This document shows, in pieces, positions 23,800 through 36,142 of a DNA stretch of 64,000 bases (position 1 is the stretch's first letter; the number at the start of each line of letters is the position of its first letter). The notes beneath the pieces were generated by a model. It saw nothing but the letters and a program-made list of their open reading frames with translations. It was not told the DNA's origin and did not search any database. The stretch is from positions 78,492,001 to 78,556,000 of the forward strand of contig NC_043002.1 of NCBI RefSeq assembly GCF_006345805.1. Direction: 5' to 3'. This stretch comes from Octopus sinensis (Eukaryota). Both the position numbers and the translations under genes were made by a program.

Positions 23800-24616
23800 T
23801 TTGATGGAAGATGGCAGAGAACATGTGAAGGCTTGAAAGAAATGAATCTAGTATGCTCTGCTGGATGTGCAATGTCATTGTGCATGTATGACTGAGTTTA
23901 AGTGTCTTGAGAGAAATGTTGGGCATAAGAGGCATCAGATGTGTGCAAGAGAGACGTCTGTGTTGGTATGGTTGTGTGATGTGTATGGATGAGTACAGCT
24001 ATATAAAGAAGTGCTGATCTCTAACTGTGGGAGGAGGCTGTGGAAGAGGGAGACCCAGGAAGACATGGGATGAGGTGGTGAAGCATGATCTTCAAGTGTG
24101 GTGTCTCATGGAGATGAGGACAAGTGATCCTGACCTTTGGTGATTTGCTGTCCTTGAGAAGACTCGTCAAGCTGAGTGAAATCATAGTTGGGGTTGGTGC
24201 CGGTGACATGTAACAGCTTCCATGTCAGTGACACATAAAAGCACCTGTGCTGATAACAAGTAAAAGCACCTGTGCTGATGACACGTAAAAGCACCTGTGC
24301 TGATGACACATAAAAGCACCTGTGCTGATGACACATAAAAGCACCTGTGCTAATGACACATAAAAGCACCCCTGCTAGTGACACACAAAAGCACCCCTGC
24401 TAGTGACACGTAAAAGCACCTGTGCCAGTGACATGTAGAAGGCACCCATTAGACTGCATTAAGAAGTTGGCCTTAAGAAGGGCATCCAGCCATAGAAACC
24501 AAGCTAAATTCAGACTGGAACTGGGTGCTGTGCTCCAGCTTACCAGTTCCAGTCAAGCCATCTAACCCATGCCAGCATGGAAAGCAGTCGTTAAATGATG
24601 CTGCTGATGATGATGA
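23800..24616 (+). mobile_element. 5'-truncated RTE LINE with a 25-bp minisatellite (about 8 copies, 24229-24445) in its 3' UTR
   Basis: Degraded WMCNV...VQERRL.WYG coding remnant; (TGACACATAAAAGCACCTGTGCTGA)n; family-A tail with (GAT)n. Confidence 0.8.
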
Positions 24617-24884
24617 TCTACATTACTTTCAATTAGTTTGATCTCCAATCATCATCACGTGTCTTATCCACTAGGCTGTTGACATGTCTAGGTGACACAT
24701 CAGTGGCCTAGTAAGATAATGGTTTTGTTACCTTTACTTTAAAAATAAAGATTTTTAGTTTGAATGCAGTCTGGTGGTATAACATACCTGATAACAATTA
24801 GAGATAGATTCATCAAAACATTAAAAAAAAAACGACTTCATCTTTGAAGATGGAAGTTAATTGTCTGAAGAATAATTCTTTTAA

Positions 24885-25101
24885 TTTTTTAGCATTTAAA
24901 CTGACCATATCAAGCCCATATATTCAGCATGTTCTTTCAAACTGACTAGATTCAGTCTCTCATACCTACCATACAATGTCATTCTAAAAATATACAATCA
25001 CATCAGAGTAATTTCGAAGTTATGAGATAATGCATGATTAACCGAAACGAATTTGAATAAATAAGCATTATGTCTGACAGAGTAATCTGAATGCTAAAAG
25101 G
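24885..25101 (+). mobile_element. piggyBac-type MITE (family 2)
   Basis: TTAA on both sides (24881-84, 25102-05); ends CTGAATGCTAAAAGG. Confidence 0.75.
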
Positions 25102-25420
25102 TTAAAAAAAATAGGATGTGTAGCATTTATTGAGTTATGTACCTTACATAGGAACAGGCTACAACAAATGGTTATAGTAAGCTTTTGAACTGATGATCAA
25201 CACCTTAACTAACACCTTAACTTGACAGTTTACATTGTCATCAATTTGAATAGAGCAGTAAGCAATTTTATTCCTGTACCTTTATGTGAATTCTATTTTT
25301 ATAGTTAAAAAACAACTGTTCTGTGATACTGTTGTTCTCATGTGAGAAGATTTGATGTTGATATTACAGCTTACCCAATGTACTTGTCAGTCACAAGTTC
25401 AGTGATACTGAGATATTTAC

Positions 25421-25492
25421 TGTCTCTGTTCTTAACTGTTTTGTTTGCAGGTAAATAGAGCAGGGGTTATTTAGTGCATAATACCAGTGATG
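25421..25492 (+). promoter_or_regulatory. Candidate recursive splice site (CAG|GTAAAT at 25450/25451) with a 42-nt RS-exon
   Basis: TGTCTCTGTTCTTAACTGTTTTGTTTGCAG|GTAAAT; second donor ATG|GTAAAT at 25492/25493. Confidence 0.4.
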
Positions 25493-25598
25493 GTAAATTC
25501 TGTTACATTGCTATGACTCTTTCTACATTGATACAACCACACAGTACACAGATATAGCCACTATCACACTAGTACAATCAGCACCACATTCACAATTT

Positions 25599-26026
25599 GG
25601 ATCTTTTCGGTTTGAACGGCAGTTTTTTCTAGCGGTGTCATATGAAATTGTCACCTATAATTATGACTCTAGTATCGATCTATTGCATTTCAATCTGTTT
25701 TAGGGTTAGGGTTTGTTAGGGTTAGGGGTGGGGGGAAGGGTATCTTTTTTTGTTCACAAATGTAAATAAACCCAATCTGTTTCTTAAACGAGGGACATAT
25801 TCATACGGCACAGAATGTTTTTTACCTCGATAGATGTCAGTGATTGGTTGAAATTGCAGAAATTGAAGAAAAAAAAACAACAAATATCTTACAAACTATA
25901 GAATTTTCTCAATAAAGTCAAGAGAAAAAGATGTTTTATAAACACGTTCTACCAGTATACGAAGTTTAAAATTTTTTAGTTACCTAGAAATTAAGTTAAA
26001 AACTGCCATTCAAGCCGAAAAGATCC
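25599..26026. mobile_element. Second copy of the GGATC-TIR MITE, inverted relative to 18083-18492
   Basis: TIRs present; perfect 8-bp TSD CACAATTT (25591-98, 26027-34); internal TTAGGG repeats. Confidence 0.9.
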
Positions 26027-27522
26027 CACAATTTTTTTCTACACCACTGAAATTGTTGTTAACTTAGTGGAATAGTATTCAGCATATCTTTAGTGATGGG
26101 GTTGAACTCATGGCTGAAGGCCATGTGTTTGTATCCTATCACCGGAGATACAACGGTTCTCTGATGTTTTGGATATCTTCTGTAAAATAATTAATGCTGG
26201 ACGTCATTTGAGTAGCCATGATAACAATTGTTTTCTGTCATAATTGGTTTAATATTAACAATGTGGGTTTCTAACCAATCAGTCAGTCACTAGTTCAGTT
26301 CACTACATTTCTGACAACAAGAACAGCTAAGGAGCGATTGTAACTCAATGCTAAACAAATATCACGAAGGACTTTGGTTGAAGAGCCAGTTTTTTTGTTT
26401 TTTTTGCAATTGGTCAGATTGTTGCTGATATATGGCTATATCATTGTTAAAAACACTGATTCTCATGTGATCACAGAATTTAAGTAACATTGATCCTAGT
26501 TAGTACTTCGATGGGTGACTGCTTGGGAAACCTAGATGCTGTGAGCAAATCCATCAGTTTTAGGGCAGGTTTGGGTGTGTGGTTTAGAAGCTTATTTTCC
26601 AACCATGTGATTTTGAGTTTAGTCTTGCTGCATGGCACCTTGAGCAAGTGTCTTCTACTTTTGCCTTGGGCTGACCAAAACCCTGTAAGTGAATTTGATA
26701 GACAGAAACTGAAAGAAGCCTGTTGTGTATATCTATCTATCTATCTATGTGTGTGCGTGTATCCATGTCTTGATATTACATGATGATTGTAAATGAGCAT
26801 CACCATCATACAAGCGAGGTCGTTCATTTCCAGTCTCTCATGAAAAATGTGTCTGTCTGTGGAGATATATATTCCTTTGCTTGGAAACAAGTGAGGGCCA
26901 GCAGCAAGAAGGGTATCTGACTGTAAAAAAGTCTGCCTCATCAAGTTGCATCCAACCTATGCAAGCATAGAAAAACAAATTTTAAATGATGATGATACAT
27001 CAGTGAAAGATAATTCACATACATGTGACAAGCTTTCATATGGTTTCTGTTTACCAAATTCCAGTCACAGAATCTTGATTGGTAAGAATTATGATTGGTA
27101 AGAATTTCACAAAAAAGAAATCTTTGTAGTGGGATTGAATCTGAAATTGTGGTTGGTTACAAAGCAAACTTCTTAACCAAACTGCCATGCCTGCATTCAT
27201 AACTTAGTAGAAGAGGTTCAGAGATTTTAACTCCTGTTGTTCATAAACTGATTCTCTGACTGTGATTGGCTCTATCAGACCTGTATAAGTTGTAATGTAA
27301 AATAAGGGTAATGGTTGCAGAAAATCTGCAACATCTGTTGGAAGTATGAACTGAATGTTGTCTGTTGAATGTGAAATGTTAGTTTAAATGTTAATGGCGT
27401 GCATATGAGTTGAGAAAATAAGCTGGGCATCATAGGTCTTGACTGATGTATACAAGAAACACAGATGTGTTCTATAACTGATTGTGTAATGAGTTCATTT
27501 GAAAATAACTAATATTTTACAG

Positions 27523-29329
27523 CAGTGTTTCTCAACCTCATTCTGGCCATGGCCCCCTTTAACCCTTTTGATACCGACCCGGCTGAAACCGGCTCTGGCT
27601 CTGAGTACAAATGTCTTGTTTTCATACGTTTTGAATTTAAATCTTCCTCCAAACCTTAGTCACAATTTATGTTCCTAACACTAGCTGAGTGATAACTAAG
27701 TTATTTTATTAAACTCTTTGTTATATTTAAAGTAATTGAAAGAAATACAGAGCATCTCAAAATAAATACAGTAATGAAAGGGTTAATTCAATGCAAAATC
27801 GTTATGGCTCCCATGCTAATTTAAGTTTTTATCCCCACTCTGTCCCTCAACTTAATGCATCTAGAGAAGTAGAAAGAAACTTTAAAAGTTGTAGTTTTGA
27901 ATCAAACATCCACCCCACTTGTAAATTTAAAAAATAGTTGAATAAATATTTCATTTAAATAAATTCATTTACATTTACAAAGCAAAAAATATAACAATTT
28001 CAGTTTATATTGTCTGATTTCAATGGGACCCCTGTGACTGATGCAGTGTTACCAACTTGTCAATATTTGGTTTCAAAACCAAGTTTATAAAGTTAATACA
28101 TTACACAGTTAACTAAATCAAAGGCTTTGATAATTAGGAAAAACAGATTAATATTTATGCTTATAAAAAGATAAAAATAACGAGACAAAAATTTATCATT
28201 CCCTTTTCGGTTGACAATCCAGAAAGAAAATTAATTTGAAAACTAAATTATGAAAGTGATAGCTAAAGCAAGTGAGCTGGTAAACCCATGGAGAAAATAG
28301 GGCTGATTTATTGTTCAATCAAACTCGAATTGCCAAAAAGAGTTAGCAAAGTATATTGAAAATGTATTTTCTTTTTTAAAGAAAAATGATTTTATAATAT
28401 ATCTTGTTATATTCTATTAAACATAATTCAATATTAAATTTTACTCTAATTAAATTAAGTGTATAATACTATTCAGTGATCAATTATTGGATTATTAAAT
28501 TGATTAATAATTTAATAGTTATATAAAAGTGCTTATAAGAATGATTTTATCTAGTTTTCTAGTGAATTATCTGTTTGTTTTCGGGATACTCTCAGTCTCC
28601 CACCTCCCTCTTGATTGCCCATCTTAGTTTGAATACTTCTCAAAGCCCTTATTAATTATAGGATTTTTTGAAAATAAAATCCTATACTCATATGTGAAGA
28701 AACAGTTTTCTTCATTGCTTGGGTCCAGTTTGAATGATTGATCAATGATTTAACTTGGTGGATTGACCTTTCTGCCCTCACCTCTGACGCTATGGACCTA
28801 GAATGGAATATTTATGATAATTAAAGTAACTTATAAAAACTTAGGTAAAATGCAGTAAAAAGAAGTAGATACTTGCACACTAACGATGCTGAAAAATATA
28901 ATTAAACAAGCAAGTATGGAATCAAGAGCAGAAGTAGGATGAGATAAGCAGAGAGAGAGAAAGAAGCGGTACAATTTGACAAAACAAAAAGGAAAAAATG
29001 AATCTTAAAGAGACTTGTGCGGATGTTAACCAATTAACATAGACGTTGATTGGATGGATTTTCCATGTCGTCAATAATGTCGAAGTAGAGTTTTGATTAA
29101 TGACTGACTTTGCCTTCTGCGCTGTCCATTATGTATGTTTGTTTTGCAGCATTAAAATTTTGGAGCAATTTGGTATGATGCAATGATATGTAGCTGTCCA
29201 TCTTTTGAACCAGACAACACCCAAAATGTAATTATCTAACATGTGTTCTTTAGGTACATATATGAGTGTAAAAGAAAATTAGTTCTTAAGGATGATCCTT
29301 CATAATTATAAATGCATATACATGTGTTT

Positions 29330-29382
<53 letters not shown>

Positions 29383-29562
29383 AATGGGCATTTTATAAAT
29401 AAAAATACATACCTACATGTTAAAATTTTATGATTCCCAAATTTTCTGTGCCCCACTCCTGTAGCCCCCTGTGGCTCCCTATTTTTCAAACTTAGCTTTG
29501 TGGCCCCCTAGAAATGTTTCATGGCCCCTAGGGTGCCTTATGGCTCCCGTTGAAAAACCCTG
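27523..29562. mobile_element. Non-autonomous hAT (Charlie/Buster-like) element, ~2 kb
   Basis: TIR CAGTGTTTCTCAAC / GTTGAAAAACCCTG (12/14); 8-bp flanks TTTTACAG / CTTTAGAG (6/8); subterminal GGCCCC repeats; no intact transposase. Confidence 0.75.
27563..27782 (+). mobile_element. piggyBac-type MITE (family 1) nested in the hAT element
   Basis: CCCTTT...AAAGGG termini, TTAA on both sides, 220 bp. Confidence 0.9.
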
Positions 29563-30282
29563 CTTTAGAGCATTACTATCACTTAACGTAAGTGAAGGTG
29601 CATGGCTTAGTGGATAGGATTTACAGCTCACGATCATGAGATCCATGAGTTCAATACCCAGTGATATGTTATGTGTTTGAGCAAGACATTTTATTTCACA
29701 TTGTTCCAGTTCACTCAGCTGGCGAAAATGAGTTGCACTTGTATTTTAAAGGGCTACCCTTGTCACATTCTGTATCGCGCTGAATCTCCTCTCTGAGAAC
29801 TATGTTAATGGTACTTGTGTCTGTGGAATGCTGAACCACTTGCACATTAATTTCATGAGCAAGTCGTTCCGTTGATGGATCAACTGGAACATTTGTCATC
29901 ATAACTGAAGGAGTGTCAGTAATCCTTTCTGCTGTAGGCACAAGGCCTGAAATTTGGGGGAAGGGATTAAGTCAATTATATCAACCCCAGTACTCAACTG
30001 GTAGTTACTTAATGAACCCTGAACTACTTAATGAACTACTTCTATTCTCATATTGTTAATGTTCTTTGTAAGAGACGTCAATATCATAATTCACCTTGGT
30101 GGAATTTGAACTCAGAACGTAGTGACAGACAAAATATCACCAAGCATTTCACCTGGCAAGCTAATGATTCTGCCAGCTTGCTACCTTGTGTTGTATCAGC
30201 AATGTATTAATGTATCTAGTAGCTAATACTTTAAAGCATTAGTATAGACACATATACCTAGTACAAATATGGTATAAATAAT

Positions 30283-30601
30283 TGTAGTGTGATGGATGAA
30301 GAGGACAACAGAAGAAGAAGCAACGGGAGAAAGAAATACAAAAGGCCTTACCTCGGTGAAAATCAGCAGTCTCTCACGAATTCGACACGTCCTGTCGCTT
30401 CGTCGTCTATGCTTGAACTGCCCACTTCGTCGATGACCACACGTGCGTCCCTGCTTGACCTCTTCCGCTTCCTGCGATGCATGCACCCTACAGTCTTCCG
30501 CCGGCTCCCACAAGCCCTACTTCCGCCCACCTCATCTGTCATCCTCTCCACCAGCACCACATAGCTCATCACGTCCCATAACACCGACTGCCAACACCAC
30601 A
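30283..30601. mobile_element. Solo LTR (319 bp; BEL/Pao- or Gypsy-type)
   Basis: TGTAGTGT...ACACCACA termini; perfect 5-bp TSD ATAAT (30278-82, 30602-06); GC-rich relative to its flanks. Confidence 0.85.
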
Positions 30602-30609
30602 ATAATGAT

Positions 30610-30820
30610 TTCAAATTTTGCCTCAAGGGCAGCAATTTTGGGGGAGGGAATGAATCAACTACATCAACCCCAGTGTTCAACTGGTACTTATTTTATTGAC
30701 TCTGAAAGGATGAAAGGCAAAGTCAACCTCGGCAGAATTTGAACTCAGAATGTAGTGACGGGCAAAATACTGCTAAGCATTTCACCCTGCGTGCTAATGA
30801 TTCTGCTAGCTTGCCGCCTT
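30610..30820 (-). mobile_element. Family-B SINE with 21-bp TSD AAATATGGTATAAATAATGAT
   Basis: Right TSD copy at 30821-30841; left copy (30265-30282 plus 30607-30609) is split by the solo LTR. Confidence 0.8.
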
Positions 30821-31281
30821 AAATATGGTATAAATAATGATGGCTATTTCACTTGTCTTTTATCATCATTAACGTTTGATGTCCACTTTTTCATGTGTAT
30901 ATGGGTCAGAGGGAATTTATTGAGGCAGATTTACTACAACTGGATACCTTTCCTGTTGCCAATTGTCAGAGTAATATTTTGCCACGGAAGACAGGAAATG
31001 AGCAACATTGCTTGTATGACCGTCACATATCAAAGAAGAATGTGCTCACAAATATGTTCTCTCTCTCTCTCTCTCACACATAGACACACAAGTTGTTTGG
31101 TGACCTCACTGTGGCTGACACCATTTAAAAGGTACCCAGTGCTCTCCATAAAGTGGTTAGCATTAAGAAAGGCAACCAGCCATATAAACCATGCCAAAGC
31201 AGAGTAGTGTTTGGTACAGTTTTCTGACAGCTCCTGTCAAACAATCCAACCCATGCCAGCATAGACGTTAGATGATGATGG

Positions 31282-31319
<38 letters not shown>

Positions 31320-34300
31320 TTGATGGGCTTCTTTTCAGTTTTGTTTGCCAAATCCACTCACTAGGCTTTGATCAGTTTGAGGCTACAGTTGAAAGCAGTA
31401 GCCCAAAGTTCCACACAGTGGGACTGAACCTGAGACCACATGGTTGGTAAGAAAGCTTGATAACCCCACTGCCATGTTTGTGCCTAAATTAGTTTTCCTT
31501 CTAAATTGTCAATATTTTCTTTCCCTCTGGGTTTGGTCTGTTTTATTTGTGCCTTGTTTGCATTGCTGTAGGCAAAATGTTGAAGCATGTGGAAGCTATA
31601 GAAAAAAGATAAAATGTAATAAATTTAATTTTCCGTATTTAGAATTATGACATTTTGTTTAATTTCTATACTACTACTACTACTACATATGTTAAGAATT
31701 GATTAAAAATAAAGAATCAAATCTATATGTATTTATTCAGTTCAGGTTTTAATTAGGCCCCACGAAGGCCTTTTTGGTAACTTCAAATGAGAATCAAGCC
31801 AATCAGTTTTGTTGCTGTTTTACAACTCATCATGAGTATCATTTTATAAACTTATCAGAAATTATTGATGAGTTGTATCTGGGCATGATATATCTTCAAG
31901 GAGAGGCAACTTTTTCTCAACTGGAAGCCGCATCATACCATTTCTAAGTAGGAGAGGGCCACATGATAAAACACATATGCATGAAATATTACTTGCCCAC
32001 TTTACACTGAATCTTTTGCAGTTCTTCTAATTTTATTTGTCTTAGTATGAAATTAGTAACCTAGGAACTCATCGAGGGCCACACAACAACATGTTGAGGA
32101 CCGCAGGTTGCCCATGCATGTTGTATATGTTTTAATATGTAGTCTTTCAAAGGCGGTGAGCTGGCAGAAACGTTAGCACACTGGGCGAAATGCTTAGCGG
32201 TATTTGGTCTGTCTTTACATTCTGAGTTCAAATTCTGTTGAGGTCGACTTTGCCTTTCATCTTTTCAGGGTCGATAAATTAAATACCAGTTGCATACTGG
32301 AGTCGATCTAATTGACTGGCCACCTCCTCTAAGATTTCGGGGCCTGTGCCTACAGTAGGAAACAATATGTAGTATTTCACTACTGTTGCTTGACATCAGG
32401 GAATTGATGTGAGTATGATCGAGTTTTTAAGTAATAAAACTGGTCGGTTCGATCCCCATCTCAAGCTGATGAAAAGACCCGTATAGGACCTAATTTCTTA
32501 ACAAGCTTATATATTAGATTAAATTTATTTAAAAAAAATTGTTAGATTAAAAAAAATGTTTCTGAAAGATTTATCTCCCTTACATACGAATGCCACTCTC
32601 ACTCACGCCATATTGCATGGGATGATAATGGTGTGTTTTCTTTCTGAGAACATTGACAGCTGCATTGCAGATGTGACCCAGTTGTGACTTCTAGTTTGAA
32701 CTACTTCTATTCTCATATTGTTAATGTTCTTTGTAAGAGACGTCAATATCATAATTTCACCTAAAAATCGTATGCGAGAGAGACATTCATGCACACTAGT
32801 TTTAGGTTGATGTCATTAATACATTGTGACACACATTAGCATGTATTATAATGTGAATAATAACTGATACATAATTAAAAAGTGTGTTGCAGAGTACTCC
32901 TATCCATTACACCTCAACCAAGATAGTGTCAGAAATTTTTCTAACAGACTTGTTAATGTTATCTCTACAGACTTTTCTGTAGAATACAGCATACTTTGTA
33001 GTATATTATGGTTGCATAATGAAGAAATGGTGTCCCTACAGGTTATTAATATTTCCTCACAGAGAATGCTTCCACTTTTGTTTTCTACTCCATAATGCAT
33101 ACACTTTGCAAAACTTTGCCAAACTTTTTCTTTTCTGCTCTACCAGTCTCATCAACTTGTACACATACAAGTCAAATATGAAAGCATCTATACTCAAACC
33201 AATGAGGCCCCAACCCTAGCAATGTATCTTCTGTTACTTTCAAATGGTCTTTTCTAGACTAGCCTCTATCCTCTCCAAATTCTTCAGTATTTCTTTCTCT
33301 GCAAGGACCCATCCTGATGTTTGGAACTATGCTACATAATGGACCCTGCCAACTACTGACCTTTTACAGCCACCATTTCCAACGTTTCAAAGAAATAAAA
33401 TTATAGTTTAATTAGAAGAAGAGACTACATTGTCCAGTGGATTTATAATTTTTTTTATTTAAGATGGCTGAGTGTGATTTGGTTGCTATATCTAAGATTA
33501 AATGAATGACATAGAGGCTTTTTTATTGACTCTGGTTATTAATCAACGGGAATATAAGTGGTTGATTCTATTATAATATATTACAGGTAATTATTTTTAT
33601 TGATTTCAAGAGGACAAATGATAAAGCTGACTCTTGTAGTATTGGGACTCAGAAATGTGACATATTGAATTTATTCATGTCCAGTTCCATTGCCCATGTC
33701 TGTAGATCAGAAATCACAATCCATCCAACTGTACAACATATGCTTCTGGCCAGTGCTAAGTTGTTTCCTTGGCCTAAAGAAATATTTGTTCCTTTTATAA
33801 TATATCCTGCTATCTTTGTAGTTTGTTCTGCTCCCTTCTTGCTTTCAAACCTTTATCATGTGGAATCAAGATAAATAGCTTCCTAGTTTGGGTTACATGA
33901 CTAAAGAATCGTGACTTTATCTCCTCAGTGATGTTGATCAATCTATTATTTATGCCATAGCTTTTCACAGAATGGAACTGATGGACTTCTGCCGCAACAT
34001 TTAACTCTTAAGAACTGTTTGTATACAATCATTTATCTTAAAGGTTCTTTAGAACCTTTAAGACAAATGATTGTGTGTAAGAGATATTTTGTAATAGACC
34101 TGTTAAGATTTCAGCTTTTTTGTTGAAAATAATAAGATAGATAATGTGAATATTTTTAACAAATGCATTTTGATCTTTTTATTGAGTGTTTTGTCATTTA
34201 TTATCTGGTTGATGGATCTAATGGCTCTCTGATCCCAGTTGCACGTGGAATTTTTGTTGTTGCTGTTTAAACTCTGGTCAGCCCTGATCAAGCACATCTA

Positions 34301-35189
34301 TGATAAAATGGATGCTAGTTTTTCAGCCTTGTTTATCTCAGATTACAATATCTAATACATACTTCAAAATGCTAAGATATAATTTGAGAGAGATTTGCCT
34401 GTTGTTTCTGTCAGGCCAAATGACCATATAAAGACTCTCTAATTGGCTCAAGATTGTTGTTGTAGTTGCTGTTACTGAAAGCCCTATAATGCTTGAAAGA
34501 TCTACCCAGTGCTTACCACTTTCTATGTTGACTGATTCCTTAGTTTGAGGAGCCACTGTGATGTTTGCTTTTAAGATTTACTCAATGGCCCTGTCATTCA
34601 TTTCATCCAATATGCCTTGAGTCTTATTACTGCAACTTCAATATCAATAGCAGCACAGTACAAGTTAATTTACTGCCTATTTACACTCACATCTGAAATA
34701 GATAACATATAACAGGTGTGGCTGTGTAGTTAAGAAGCTCACTTCCCAAACATATAATCTCAGGTTCAGTCCCAGGGCTGTGCAGCATCTTGGGAAAGTG
34801 TCTTCTTCTATAGCTCTGCACTGACTAAATCCTTGCAAGCAGAATTGGAAGATGGAAACTGAAAGAAATACATTGTATACATTTATGTATGTGTTGTGTT
34901 GATCTTGACATCGCATAATGGTTGTGGACCAGCATCAACTTCATATAAGCAATGTTGTTTCTTTCCGTCTCCTGTGGAAAAAAACTTAGTCGTGAGGACA
35001 TATTACCTTGTTTGGAAACCAATGAGGGTTAGTGGCAGGAAGGGCATCCAGCTGGAAAATTGTGCTTCATCAAATTCCATCTAACCCAAACAAGCATGGA
35101 AAAATAGGTGTTAAAACAATAACACTGTACAATATATTATCCCAGATCCATTACCTAAGTAGGACGTGTAATAATTTGTTTTGATTAGG

Positions 35190-36102
35190 ATAAGGAGTAT
35201 TAATGAAGCCAATGTTAGTATGTTACAAAGACCAGCAATTTCAGGGGAGGGGCTAAATCACTTAAATCAATCGTAGTGTTTAATTTGTACTTATTTCGTT
35301 GGCCCCAAAAGGATGAACGGCGAAGTTGATCTCAGTGGAATTTGAACCCAGAACGTAAAGACAGATGAAATGCTCAGTATTTTGCCCAGCTTATCACCTT
35401 AGAATAATAATAATCCTTTCTACTTTAGGCACAAGCCCTGAAATTTGGGGAAGGGAGATAGTTGATTACATCAACCCCAGTGTTTCACTGGTACTTATTT
35501 TATTGTCCCTGAAAGGATGAAAGGAAAAGTTGACCATAGTGGGATTTGAGCTCAGAATATAGCGACGGGCAAAACACCACTAAGCATTTTGTCCAATGTG
35601 TTAATGATTCTGCCAGCTCACCACTTTATTATATAATAATAATGATAATAATCTTTTATTCTGAAGGCATAAGGTCTGAAATTTTTTTGTGGGAGGGGGA
35701 CTAATCAATTTCATCAACCCCAGTGCTTAACTGGTACTTATTTCATTGACTCTAAAAAGCTGAAAGGCAAAGTCGACCTCAGTGAAATTTGAACTCAGAA
35801 AATAGCAACAGACAAAATACCTCTAAGCATTTTGCCCAATGTGCTAACAACTCTGCCAGCTTGCCACCTTAATAATAATAATAATAATAATCATTTATAC
35901 TATAGGCACAAGGCCTGAAATTTGGGGGAGGGGGATAGTCGATTACATTGACTCCAGTGTTTCACTGGTACTTAATTTATCGACTCCGAAAGGATGAAAG
36001 GCAAAGTCGACCTCAGTGAAATTTGAACTCAGAACATAGTGACAGATAAAATGCCACTAAGCATTTTTCCCAATGTGCTAACAACTCTGCCAGCTCGCCA
36101 CC

Positions 36103-36142
<40 letters not shown>

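Noticed and set aside
25702-25735. TTAGGG repeats suggesting a telomere or interstitial telomeric site (also 18374-18391)
   Set aside because: Only 3-4 units, internal to a TIR-bounded MITE with a TSD.
26050-26470. Unique-looking stretch with CCAAT and TCAGTC (Inr-like) motifs, a possible internal promoter
   Set aside because: Short motifs are expected by chance; no ORF or splice support.
30223-30742. Four overlapping ~90-105-aa ORFs
   Set aside because: They fall in the GC-rich solo LTR; no homology recognisable.
32388-32466. Cloverleaf-like fold with GGTTCGATCCC B-box; also loosely C/D-box-like
   Set aside because: No A box, arm lengths do not fit a tRNA, and box C is non-canonical. It needs tRNAscan-SE or Infernal; not supportable by eye.
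33660-34010. Possible very old reverse transcriptase relic on the minus strand (KSYGINNRLINI, DLQTWAMELDMNKF)
   Set aside because: Similarity is fragmentary and spread across frames; too weak to call.
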